From the NCBI GenBank assembly GCA_963716725.1, contig CAVQUB010000033.1, positions 1 through 64,000 of the forward strand: a DNA stretch of 64,000 bases. Direction: 5' to 3'. The notes under the pieces were generated by a model that worked only from the letters and a program-made list of their open reading frames with translations, did no database searches and was not told the DNA's origin. This document shows positions 47,699 to 56,606 of the stretch, piece after piece. A program made the translations under genes and the position numbers. How positions within the stretch are numbered: the first letter of the stretch is position 1; every line of letters begins with the position of its first letter. The stretch is from an uncultured delta proteobacterium (GTDB lineage: Bacteria; Myxococcota_A; Polyangia; Polyangiales; Polyangiaceae).

Positions 47699-50056
47699 CT
47701 ACCGCTCGACGCCGACTTCGCTCACCCGAGCCAGTTCGAAGCTCGCCCGGGCGGCGCGATTGGCGTCGGCGAAGGCGAAGGTGAGGGTGGCCGGACCCTC
47801 GGCCTTGCCCGTGATCATGCCGTCGAACTGGCCGACGATGGCGCGCACCTTGTTCCGATCCAGGGACTGGGACTTCTCGGAGATCCGGCCAAACGCCCCG
47901 GAGGCCTGCAGGTCACCTCCGCCGTCCGGGAAGAGCACGGACTGGCGCACCTGGGCCGGATCGGCAAAGGCGCCGATCCAGTAGACCAACGACGCCGCGG
48001 CCCCGCCGGGGCTCGGGCCGAGGAACCACGCGCCCATGTGGTGCGTCGTGCCCAGCGCGCAGCGGGCGTAGAGCGCTCCGTGGGTCGCGCCGAGCTTCTC
48101 GGCCAGGGCGTTGGCGACCTTCAGGTAGGCGCGGCGTTCTCCCGAGTAGAAATAGGGCGTGACGTACTTGCCGGCGAAGGTCATTCGCACGCCGTGAGGC
48201 GAGCTGTCGAGGGGGACGAGCTCGGGGGCGACGCTCACCTCGGTGCCAAGGCCTTCGTGTCCGGAGATTTCGGCGGCCTCTTTCCAGACGAAGCGCGTGC
48301 CGCTGACGAAACTGGAGAGCCCCGGATCCTTGGCGGGATTGGGGGCCACGCGGCCAAGGGCGATCTCGACGACCCAGCCCTCGACCTCGGTCGGGCCGAT
48401 GGCAGCGCCGCGCATGATGCGCGAGCGCGTGGCTTCACACACCCGTTGCGCGCGTGCGACGCGCTCACGTTCGTAGTCGTCCGCGCTGATGGCCGGGGCC
48501 GTGGTGCTCGGCGTGGTCCAGGGCCATTTGGCGCCGGGCGCCAGGTATTTGTAGGCGGCGCCGACGCCGGCCGCGGCCACGGCCAAGACGGCGAGCGGCG
48601 CGAGCCAAGACGGAAGCCATCGCCCTCGGGACCTGCCGCTGTCTCCGACCGCTTCACGGCGGGCCTGTACCAAGCGCCGCGCAAGATCCGAGGCGCGCCG
48701 CTGCTTCAGCTCGGGCGCCAGAGTGCCCCAGCCTTCGGTGGCCGCGCCCAGCGCGCACGACGCCTCGGGCCCGGAGCCCACCAGGCGGATCCGGTCGGCT
48801 TCGACCAGCGCCCGGCCCGCCATGCCGAAGCGAGCCACGGCCTCGCTCACCAGCGCTTCCAGATCGGCCTGCGCGTAGGGGTCCTCGGCCGCGACGGGCG
48901 TCGGCACGCTCACTCGGGCGCCATGTTCGAGATCGACGAACAGATCGAGGTTCGCGGCGCTCGGGCTCGCCTCGCGTCCACGTTCCGTGGGTGCCGAGGG
49001 CGAGGCGGGAAGTATCAGATCAGGGACCTCGAATGCCCCGTCGGTATCGACCTCGGGCATCGAGGGCCGCTGGTCGCCGGCGCGCACCCGGCGCAAGAGC
49101 TCGCGTTTCTGCGCGGCGCGGTCACGGAAGAGGCCTTGCATCAACTCAGCGAGCGCTTGCGTGGCGTCGGCGGCACCCAGCGTGTCGTGGGTGACAGCGA
49201 GCAGATCGCTCCGCATTTCTGCTGCCGTCGAGTAGCGGGCCGCGGGGTCGCGCTCCAGGGCCCGGGCCACCACCCGTTCGAGAGACGGCGGGCAGTCTCG
49301 GGCGACTTTGCTTGGCCGGGGGATCGGGTCTTTGGTGATGGCCTCGAAGGTCGCGAGCATGCTGTCCCGCTTGAACAGCCGCCGGCGCGCGGTCAGCTCG
49401 TAGAGCACGACGCCAAGGGCGAACACGTCGCTGCGGCGATCGAGCGGGAGGCCGCGCACCTGCTCCGGCGACATGTACTCGGTCTTGCCCTTGAGCTCGC
49501 CGGTGTTGGTCTCCGGCGAGACCCTCACCACCGCTTTGGCGATGCCAAAGTCGAGGAGCTTGACCTCGCCCGAGTAGGTGACCAGCACGTTCTGCGGCGA
49601 GACGTCGCGATGGACCAACTCGAGTGGCTGGCCGTCCTCCCCGCGGAGTTCGTGGGCGGCATGCAGTCCCGCGCAGGCCTCGGCGACGATGTATGCGGTG
49701 AGTCCGTAGGGGAGGCTCTGCTCCTCGGTCAGGCTGCGCTTGATCAGGCTCGCGAGGTTCTCGCCTTCGAGGTACTCCATCACCAAGTACAGGTGCTCGC
49801 CGCTGTGACCGAGGTCGGTCACCTGCACCACGTTCTTGTGCTGAATGCTCGCAGCGATGCGAGCTTCGTCGAGGAACATGTCGACGAAACGCGGCTGCTC
49901 GGCCAGGTGGGGCAAGATGCGCTTGATCACCACCGGCCGCTCGAACCCGCTCGGTCCGTTGATGCGGCCCAAGAGGATTTCCGCCATGCCGCCCTTGGCG
50001 AGCTGCCCGACGATCTCGTATCTGCCGATCTCTGAAAGGCTGCTGGTGGACCCCAT
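47699..50056 (-). CDS. Transmembrane Ser/Thr protein kinase
   Basis: LAKGGMAEI, VVIKR, HRDVSPQN, LDFG, GKTEYMSPE, DVFALG; TM helix then ~260-aa C-terminal domain. Confidence 0.93.
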   Translation of the reverse strand: MGSTSSLSEIGRYEIVGQLAKGGMAEILLGRINGPSGFERPVVIKRILPHLAEQPRFVDMFLDEARIAASIQHKNVVQVTDLGHSGEHLYLVMEYLEGENLASLIKRSLTEEQSLPYGLTAYIVAEACAGLHAAHELRGEDGQPLELVHRDVSPQNVLVTYSGEVKLLDFGIAKAVVRVSPETNTGELKGKTEYMSPEQVRGLPLDRRSDVFALGVVLYELTARRRLFKRDSMLATFEAITKDPIPRPSKVARDCPPSLERVVARALERDPAARYSTAAEMRSDLLAVTHDTLGAADATQALAELMQGLFRDRAAQKRELLRRVRAGDQRPSMPEVDTDGAFEVPDLILPASPSAPTERGREASPSAANLDLFVDLEHGARVSVPTPVAAEDPYAQADLEALVSEAVARFGMAGRALVEADRIRLVGSGPEASCALGAATEGWGTLAPELKQRRASDLARRLVQARREAVGDSGRSRGRWLPSWLAPLAVLAVAAAGVGAAYKYLAPGAKWPWTTPSTTAPAISADDYERERVARAQRVCEATRSRIMRGAAIGPTEVEGWVVEIALGRVAPNPAKDPGLSSFVSGTRFVWKEAAEISGHEGLGTEVSVAPELVPLDSSPHGVRMTFAGKYVTPYFYSGERRAYLKVANALAEKLGATHGALYARCALGTTHHMGAWFLGPSPGGAAASLVYWIGAFADPAQVRQSVLFPDGGGDLQASGAFGRISEKSQSLDRNKVRAIVGQFDGMITGKAEGPATLTFAFADANRAARASFELARVSEVGVER

Positions 50057-50122
50057 CCGTCGTCCGCCGGTTCAGGGTAGTCGACAGCGGCCCCGAGTTG
50101 TGCACTTTTTCATGGCGCCGCC

Positions 50123-50902
50123 ATGACCCATCGCCCCTTGATCCTGCTCTCCAACGACGACGGATATCGATCGCGCGGGCTCTCGACGCTGCGCGAAGCG
50201 CTGACGCGAGTCGCCGACGTCGTCGTGTGTGCGCCCGAGACCGAACAGAGCGCCGCGAGCCACGCGCTCAGCCTGCACCGACCGCTGCGGCTGTACCGGC
50301 ACGAGCCCGGGGTCTTTTCGGTCGATGGCACGCCAGCCGACTGCGTCTACGTCGCCCTGGCCGCGGGCGACCGAGTGCTCTCCAGAAGACCCGACGCCGT
50401 GGTCAGTGGCCTGAACCACGGCCTCAACCTCGGCGACGACGTCTTCTACAGCGGGACAGTGGCGGCGGCGCGGGAGGGCGCCCTCAAGGGGCTGCCGACG
50501 CTGGCGGTCTCGGCCGGCGCAGGTGCAGACTTTGCGGCTGCAGCGGAGACGTCGGCCCGCTTGGCGCTGGCGCTGATCGCAGAGCACAGTGGCCGCGGCG
50601 TGCTCTTGAACGTGAACTTCCCGGCGGGAGCCGGCTGGCCCGTGCGCGCGACCCGCCTCGGACGGCGCGAGTACGAGGAGAGCATCGAGTTCCGGCGGGA
50701 CCCGCGCGGGCGAGAGTACCTCTGGATCGGCGGCCCGCTGCGCGAACATCGCCATGTGCCAGGTTCCGACACCGAGGCCTTCGACCAAGGCGTGGTCGGC
50801 GTCACACCCCTGGTGCTCGACCTCTGGGGTCGTCACAAGCAAGAGCAGGCCGAACGTGTCGTGGCGCGCTGCGATGAGAGCTTGGGGGACGGGGAGAAAT
50901 GA
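50123..50902 (+). CDS. surE: 5'/3'-nucleotidase SurE
   Basis: ILLSNDDG, APETEQSAASH, GTPADCV, SGLNHGLN, YSGTVAAAREG. Confidence 0.96.
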   Translation: MTHRPLILLSNDDGYRSRGLSTLREALTRVADVVVCAPETEQSAASHALSLHRPLRLYRHEPGVFSVDGTPADCVYVALAAGDRVLSRRPDAVVSGLNHGLNLGDDVFYSGTVAAAREGALKGLPTLAVSAGAGADFAAAAETSARLALALIAEHSGRGVLLNVNFPAGAGWPVRATRLGRREYEESIEFRRDPRGREYLWIGGPLREHRHVPGSDTEAFDQGVVGVTPLVLDLWGRHKQEQAERVVARCDESLGDGEK

Positions 50903-50919
50903 ACTATTGAAGGCGACTC

Positions 50920-51588
50920 ATGGCCGCCCGAAAGCGTTCTGCCCCGAGCCCCAAGACCCGACCGCAATCCCGGGAGAAGCTCACGCCCCGCGGCGGGCGC
51001 AAGAAGGCGGCGGTGCGCAAGGCCCCGAAGCACGCCTTGCCGCACATCGCCTCGGAGTTGGTCGACGGGTTCAGCTACGTGCGCAACCTGATCCGCGAGA
51101 TCCCCAACTTTCCCCAGCCGGGGGTTTTGTTCAAGGACATCACGCCGCTGCTCGCCAACCCCAAGGCGTTTCACATCGTGCTCGACGCCATCGCCGAGCG
51201 CTTCATGGGCGAGCACATCGACGCGGTGGTGGGCATCGAGTCCCGCGGCTTCATCTTCGGTGGAGCGCTGGCGGCGCGGCTCAACGCCAGCTTCGTGCCC
51301 GTGCGCAAGCCCGGCAAGTTGCCCTACCGCACCGACAAGGTCAGCTACTCACTCGAGTACGGTGAGAGCGAACTCGAGATGCACCGCGACTCGCTCTCGG
51401 AAGGCAGCCGCGTGCTGGTGGTCGACGACCTCTTGGCCACCGGGGGCACCGCAGCCGCGGCGGGCGAGCTGGTACACCGCCAAGGCGCCTACGTGGCGGC
51501 CTATGCCTTCGTGGTCGAGCTCTTGTCCTTGGACGGCCGCGATCGGCTGATGCCCACGCCGGTCATCTCGTTCTTGCAGTACGACTGA
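50920..51588 (+). CDS. apt: Adenine phosphoribosyltransferase with basic N-terminal extension
   Basis: IPNFPQPGVLFKDITPLL, GIESRGF, VRKPGKLP, YSLEYG, VVDDLLATGGT. Confidence 0.96.
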   Translation: MAARKRSAPSPKTRPQSREKLTPRGGRKKAAVRKAPKHALPHIASELVDGFSYVRNLIREIPNFPQPGVLFKDITPLLANPKAFHIVLDAIAERFMGEHIDAVVGIESRGFIFGGALAARLNASFVPVRKPGKLPYRTDKVSYSLEYGESELEMHRDSLSEGSRVLVVDDLLATGGTAAAAGELVHRQGAYVAAYAFVVELLSLDGRDRLMPTPVISFLQYD

Positions 51589-51630
51589 GCGTGCCTTTCG
51601 GATCCTGGCAGATCCCGCTATGATCGCCCG

Positions 51631-54132
51631 ATGGCGTTTCGGGGATGGTGGGTTCTAGGGCTTGGTCTTGCGCTGCCGCTGGCGACGCAGGGCTGTGACG
51701 ATGGCGCGTACGAAGGCGGCGACGGCACCGGCGGCAGCGGCGGCGGCACGCCCATCACCGGCGGCGGAGTCGGCGAGAGCTGCAGCGGGATCGACCCCTG
51801 TCGCAAGGGCCTGGCCTGCGTCAACGGAGCCTGCGAGCTCGGCCGTTCGACGCCCGAGGGTGAGGTGTGCGTCATCGGCGGCGAGTGCCAGGACGGCCTG
51901 CAGTGCCTCGGGGGCAAGTGCCTGAAGGGTGGCGCGGGCGTCGCCGGCGAGAGTTGCAGCAGCGACGTGGACTGCAAGAGCGGCTTCCGCTGCGTGCTCG
52001 CCGGTTTTTCTGCCCAATGCGCGCCGGAAGGAACCGGCGACCTCGGCGCGAGCTGCAAGGTGGCGGGCGACTGCTACTCCGGGCTGACCTGCACGCTCGG
52101 CAAGTGCGGGCAGCCGTTGCCCGGCGCGCCCACCTTCGGCATGCCGACCTGGCAGGGCGTGAGCTGCGAGGCTGAAGCCGCGGGCAAGGTCCGCGCCTAC
52201 TTCGAGGTGCCCGGCGCGACCCCGAAGGGCAAAGAGGGTGACTTCTTCCGGCTGCCCTTCCCGAACGACGCGCGCATCAAGGGCGGGTGGGTCGATCTGT
52301 CCGGCTTCCCCACGCCGGGGCCCGAGCTTCTCGGCTTTGATCCGGTGAAGCTCTACGTCGACGCGCTCCAGAAGAACGAGAGCGCTTGGGGCACGACGCC
52401 GACGGTGATCTTCCGCTTCTCGGGCGAGCTCGATTTCGACAGCTTCAAGACCGAGAAGAACGGCGTCTTTCCCATCCAGTGGGTGGACATCACGAAGGGC
52501 ACGGCCGAGTACGGCACGAGCGTGGGCCTGTACTTCGTCTACGACCCGAACAAAACCAGCTACATCTGCCCCTACGCCGTCTCCGTGCGCCGCCCGCTGG
52601 GGGCACCGATGGTGCCGGGCCACCAGTACGCCGTGTACATGACCACCGCGGGCACGGGCAAAGGCGGCGCGACCATCGAGCGCTCCGAGCACCTGGTCGC
52701 AATGCTCGGCGACGCAGCGCCGTCGGACGGCGCGCTTGCCGCGGCCCACGGCAAGTACGCCCCCTTTCGCGACTACCTGAAGGACAAGCTGATCGGGACC
52801 GAGTTGGTGCTCACCGCGTCGGTGATCACCGCGGGCAAGGTGCGCGAGCCCATGCAGCAGCTCGCCACCGCCCTGGCGACCCAGGGCGTTCCGACCGCCA
52901 AGGGCTGGGTCAAATGCGGCGGCGGCGCCAAGTCACCCTGCCCGCAGGCCGAAGGTGATCGCGCCTGTGGCGACGGCAGCTCGGTGGACTTCGACGAGTA
53001 CCACGCGCTGGTGTCGCTCCCGATCTTCCAGAAGGGCACGCCGCCCTACGCGGAGTCCGGCGGAGACGTCAGGATCGACAAGCCGGAGCGCAGCGAAGAC
53101 GTGTGCATGGCGCTCACGGTCCCCAAGGGGACCATGCCGACCGGCGGGTGGCCGCTGGCCGTTTACGGCCACGGCACCGGCGGCTCGTTCCGGAGCCACG
53201 TGCGCGCCGAGATCGCGGGCGCGCTCGCCAAGGCCGCGACAACCTCGGGTACGGTCGGGTTTGCCGTGCTCGGCATCGATCAGGCGCAGCACGGCCCTCG
53301 CCGTGGAGCGTCGACGGGGTCGCCCAACGATCTCTTCTTCAACTTCAAGAACCCGGCGGCGGCCCGCGGCAATCCGCTTCAAGGCGCGGTCGATCAGCTG
53401 TCGCTCGCGCGCTTCGCCGCGGCGCTCGACGTCGACGCTGCAACGAGTGGGGGCGACGCCATCAAGGTCGATCCGGCCGCGATCGTCTTCTACGGACACT
53501 CGCAGGGTTCCACGGAGGGCAGCCTCGCGTTGCCCTTCACCGACACCTACAAGGCAGCGGTGCTCAGCGGCAACGGCGCGAGCTTGACCCACTCGCTCCT
53601 GGCCAAGAAGCAGCCGGTGAACATCGCCGGAGCGTTGCCCTTCGTGCTGGCCGACATTGGCGACGCCGGTCAGCTTCGCGGCGGCGACATGCATCCGGTG
53701 CTGACGCTGCTCCAGATCTGGGTCGATCCGGCCGATCCGCTCAACTTTGCCCGTGTGATCGGCGCCGCGCCGGAGACCGGCAAGGCCCCGAAGCACATCT
53801 TCCAGACCTACGGGATCGGCGACACCTACAGTCCGGCCAAGACGCTGGCGGCCTTCGTGCTCACCGCGGGGCTCGAACTGGCGACTCACGACGCCAGCGC
53901 CAAGGATCCGGAGATGATCGGCGATCCGCCGGGACTGGCGCAGAAAGCCTTGCCCCTGGCGGGCAACGTGAAGGTGGGCACTGCGTCGGTCACCTTGGGA
54001 GTTCGGCAGTACGGCCCCCCGACCGGCAAAGACGGTCACTTCGTGGCGCTCGACGTGCCCTCGGCCATGGCGGACATCGCTCGCTTCTTGGGCATGGCGG
54101 CCGAAGGCGCCGTGCCTCAGATCGGCAACTGA
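51631..54132 (+). CDS. Lipoprotein with Cys-rich repeats and alpha/beta hydrolase domain
   Basis: Lipobox TQGC; four GExC...C..GLxC...C repeats; YGHGTGG oxyanion region and GHSQG nucleophile elbow. Confidence 0.85.
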   Translation: MAFRGWWVLGLGLALPLATQGCDDGAYEGGDGTGGSGGGTPITGGGVGESCSGIDPCRKGLACVNGACELGRSTPEGEVCVIGGECQDGLQCLGGKCLKGGAGVAGESCSSDVDCKSGFRCVLAGFSAQCAPEGTGDLGASCKVAGDCYSGLTCTLGKCGQPLPGAPTFGMPTWQGVSCEAEAAGKVRAYFEVPGATPKGKEGDFFRLPFPNDARIKGGWVDLSGFPTPGPELLGFDPVKLYVDALQKNESAWGTTPTVIFRFSGELDFDSFKTEKNGVFPIQWVDITKGTAEYGTSVGLYFVYDPNKTSYICPYAVSVRRPLGAPMVPGHQYAVYMTTAGTGKGGATIERSEHLVAMLGDAAPSDGALAAAHGKYAPFRDYLKDKLIGTELVLTASVITAGKVREPMQQLATALATQGVPTAKGWVKCGGGAKSPCPQAEGDRACGDGSSVDFDEYHALVSLPIFQKGTPPYAESGGDVRIDKPERSEDVCMALTVPKGTMPTGGWPLAVYGHGTGGSFRSHVRAEIAGALAKAATTSGTVGFAVLGIDQAQHGPRRGASTGSPNDLFFNFKNPAAARGNPLQGAVDQLSLARFAAALDVDAATSGGDAIKVDPAAIVFYGHSQGSTEGSLALPFTDTYKAAVLSGNGASLTHSLLAKKQPVNIAGALPFVLADIGDAGQLRGGDMHPVLTLLQIWVDPADPLNFARVIGAAPETGKAPKHIFQTYGIGDTYSPAKTLAAFVLTAGLELATHDASAKDPEMIGDPPGLAQKALPLAGNVKVGTASVTLGVRQYGPPTGKDGHFVALDVPSAMADIARFLGMAAEGAVPQIGN

Positions 54133-54153
54133 TCAGCAAGCATCAGCTTGCGT

Positions 54154-55362
54154 TCAGATGGTGTCCCGAGGGAAGGCTTGAACGTCGCGGATTGTCGACA
54201 GCCCGAGAGCGAGCGCGACCAGTCGATCGACCCCCAGGGCGTTGCCACCGGCCGGTGGCATGCCCTCCTCGAGGGCGGCCAGGAACCGCTCGTCGAGATC
54301 GTAGACCGGCCGTCGCGCACGCCGTCGCGCACGTCGATCGGCCTCGAAGCGCGCGCGCTGTTCAACGGGGCAGGTGAGCTCACCGAAGCCGTTGCAGAGT
54401 TCGACGCCGCCCAGATAGAGCTCGAAGCGCTCCGCGACGCTCGGATCGTCGGGACAGCGCCGGGCGAGGGAGGCTTGATTCGCCGGGTATTCGACGAGGA
54501 ACACCGGCCGACGTCGCTTTGCCAGCGCCGGTTCGACCACGTCCACCAAGAGCTGGAAGAAGCGGTCCTCGTCCGTCGCCGCCAGATCCACCGCGTCCAT
54601 CAGGCCGGCGTGGCGTCGGAAAGCGTCGCGCACCGTCAACCGAGCGAAGGGCGCGCGGACATCGATGCGCCGGCCATCGGCGAGGACGACGCGCGGTTTG
54701 CCGGACACCCGCGTGACCACTCGCTCGACCACGGCCTCGGTGTCGGCCATGACCTCGGCGGTGCCCGCGAATGCGCGGTACCACTCGAGCATCGTGAACT
54801 CGGGTTCGTGCAGCGCGCCGAGTTCTTCTGCACGGAAACAGCGCGCGAGCTGAAAGCAGCGAGGGAGGCCGCCCACCAGCAGGCGCTTCATCTGGAACTC
54901 GGGCGAAGTGGACAGGAAGCCGCCTTCGGCTCGGAGTGCGTCGACGTGCAGGTCGAGTCCGGGCGCGCGCACCCGCGCCGGCGTGTCGATCTCGAGGAAG
55001 CCCGCTCCCGCGAAGTAGTCGCGGATTTCGGCCATGGCTCCGGCGCGGGCGGCTAGGTGCTCGCCGACCGACCGCCAAGTGAAGCGAGCGATCTCGCCGG
55101 CTCCGCGGGGGGTGGGGTAGGGGAAGCGATCGCGGAGCTCGGCGTCGACCAGTTGCCTGCCACTCCAGCGACCGACCACGACCACCAAGTCGCCCGGGCG
55201 TGCTTCGCTCGGGCGCACGAGAGTGACGTCCACGCTCGCCAACGCGTCGGAGAGCACGAGCCGGGGGCCCTCCGCGGCCGCGACGCGTCCGCCCACGGCG
55301 ATGCGTGCGCGGCGCGCGCGGAATCGCGCTCCGAGGTCGCTCGGCGCGACGACCGAGGTCAA
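54154..55362 (-). CDS. epmA: EF-P lysine aminoacylase (EpmA/GenX) with N-terminal OB-fold-like extension
   Basis: LSTSPEFQMKRLL, FQLARCFRAEE, HEPEFTMLEWYR, ERFELY..GVELCNGFGEL, GMPPAGGNALGVDRL; TTG start overlaps the upstream stop. Confidence 0.9.
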   Translation of the reverse strand: MTSVVAPSDLGARFRARRARIAVGGRVAAAEGPRLVLSDALASVDVTLVRPSEARPGDLVVVVGRWSGRQLVDAELRDRFPYPTPRGAGEIARFTWRSVGEHLAARAGAMAEIRDYFAGAGFLEIDTPARVRAPGLDLHVDALRAEGGFLSTSPEFQMKRLLVGGLPRCFQLARCFRAEELGALHEPEFTMLEWYRAFAGTAEVMADTEAVVERVVTRVSGKPRVVLADGRRIDVRAPFARLTVRDAFRRHAGLMDAVDLAATDEDRFFQLLVDVVEPALAKRRRPVFLVEYPANQASLARRCPDDPSVAERFELYLGGVELCNGFGELTCPVEQRARFEADRRARRRARRPVYDLDERFLAALEEGMPPAGGNALGVDRLVALALGLSTIRDVQAFPRDTI

Positions 55363-55616
55363 CCGCCCGCGAACACGCGCGCGGCGAAGGCGGCGATTTG
55401 AGAGCCCATCCATGGTCCGGCGATTGCCAGCACAACGGCTACCACGACCAGTCGGGGAAGATGCGCGATGGTGACGTCCTGGACCTGAGTCGCAGCCTGC
55501 ATCACCGCGACGGCGAGGCCGATCACGGCGGCAGCGCCGACCACCGGGAGCGACACCGCCACGGCCAAGAGCAGCGCTTCTTGCGCATTGTTGATCAAGT
55601 GCGCCGAGGTCGGCAC
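55359..55616 (-). CDS. FliQ/SctS (EscS) family export apparatus subunit, orphan
   Basis: 85 aa, SLPVVGAAAVIGLAVAVMQAATQVQDVT...PRL...GPWMGSQI. Confidence 0.88.
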   Translation of the reverse strand: MPTSAHLINNAQEALLLAVAVSLPVVGAAAVIGLAVAVMQAATQVQDVTIAHLPRLVVVAVVLAIAGPWMGSQIAAFAARVFAGG

Positions 55617-55619
55617 GAC

Positions 55620-56063
55620 TCAGTCCACCGCCGCGTCGCCGGCAGCATCAGCGCTGTCGGAGGTTGCGTCGGTCGAGCCCCCGTCGCTGCCCGCGCTTCC
55701 GCCGCTGCCTGCGCTTCCGCCGCTGCCTGCGCTTCCGCCGCTGCCCGCGCTTCCGCCGCTGCCCGCGCTTCCGCCGCTGCCGCCGGTTCCTGGTGGAATG
55801 GGCGGCGCGTCCACCGACGGATCGGGCTCGTAACTCTCGACCTTGGCCAGACACGCGTTCGCTGAAGCCTTGGCGGGAGGTGCCGGACAGCAGACCGAGT
55901 CCTTCGAGCGGACCTCCCAGGTTCCGCGACAGATCAGGCCCTCGTCGCAGTCGTCGTTGCCGTTGGCGAGATCACAGCCCTCGCCTTCGCCCGCGTCGCC
56001 GCACGCGCCGAAGGCGATCAAGGTGAACGCCAGCGCGCCGATTTGAGCGAAGCGCTTCGTCAT
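55620..56063 (-). CDS. Cys/Gly-rich lipoprotein (paralogue of adjacent gene)
   Basis: Lipobox FGAC; GEGEGCD..NG.DDC..GLIC...CCP; (GSGGSA)5 tail. Confidence 0.8.
   Translation of the reverse strand: MTKRFAQIGALAFTLIAFGACGDAGEGEGCDLANGNDDCDEGLICRGTWEVRSKDSVCCPAPPAKASANACLAKVESYEPDPSVDAPPIPPGTGGSGGSAGSGGSAGSGGSAGSGGSAGSGGSAGSDGGSTDATSDSADAAGDAAVD
55685..55781. repeat. 18-bp coding tandem repeat x5 encoding GSGGSA
   Basis: gcttccgccgctgccYgc repeated. Confidence 0.9.
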
Positions 56064-56521
56064 CAATCCCCTCCGGAGTCGCTGGACGTGCCCCCGCTGC
56101 CGGAGCTGCCGTCGTTGCCCGCGTCGCTGCCGCTGCTGCCGCCACTGCCGCCGCCGCCGGACGCGCCGCCGCTACCGCTGCTACCGCCGCCGCCGGACGC
56201 GCCGCCGCCGCCAGACGCGCCGCCGCCAGACGCGCCGCCGCCGCCAGACGCGCCGCCGGTGCCGCCGGTGCCGCCGGTGCCGCTCGTGCTACTGGGCAAG
56301 CAACTGTCGACGCTGATGGGCTGGCCCTCGGGAGGGCAGCAGCGATCGGTGATGTCGTTGATCAGCGAAGCTGCGGGCGCGCAGACCAACCCCGTCTCGC
56401 AGTCTTGATGTCCGTTGCGGTTGAAGTCACAACGGTCTCCCTCGCCCTGCTTGGAACAGCCCGGGACCCAGAGCAGGAGCGACAAAGGCAGGACGCAGAG
56501 GCGGGGCAGGAGGCGGTTCAT
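56063..56521 (-). CDS. Cys/Gly-rich lipoprotein (paralogue of adjacent gene)
   Basis: Lipobox VPGC; GEGDRCD...NG..DC..GLVC...CCP; Gly-rich tail. Confidence 0.8.
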   Translation of the reverse strand: MNRLLPRLCVLPLSLLLWVPGCSKQGEGDRCDFNRNGHQDCETGLVCAPAASLINDITDRCCPPEGQPISVDSCLPSSTSGTGGTGGTGGASGGGGASGGGASGGGGASGGGGSSGSGGASGGGGSGGSSGSDAGNDGSSGSGGTSSDSGGD

Positions 56522-56606
56522 CTGGGGGCTGTGCTTAGCACGTTTCAGTGGTGTGCTGTCAGGGGTTGTCTGGGGTGCGCACCGGTCTTTGTGCTCCATT
56601 TCGGCC

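Noticed and set aside
47384..50035. Long antisense or alternate-frame ORFs (also 23431..25617, 32756..34969, 10129..11985, 28975..30498, 17418..18923)
   Set aside because: Shadow ORFs opposite well-supported genes, expected in high-GC DNA; no recognisable motifs
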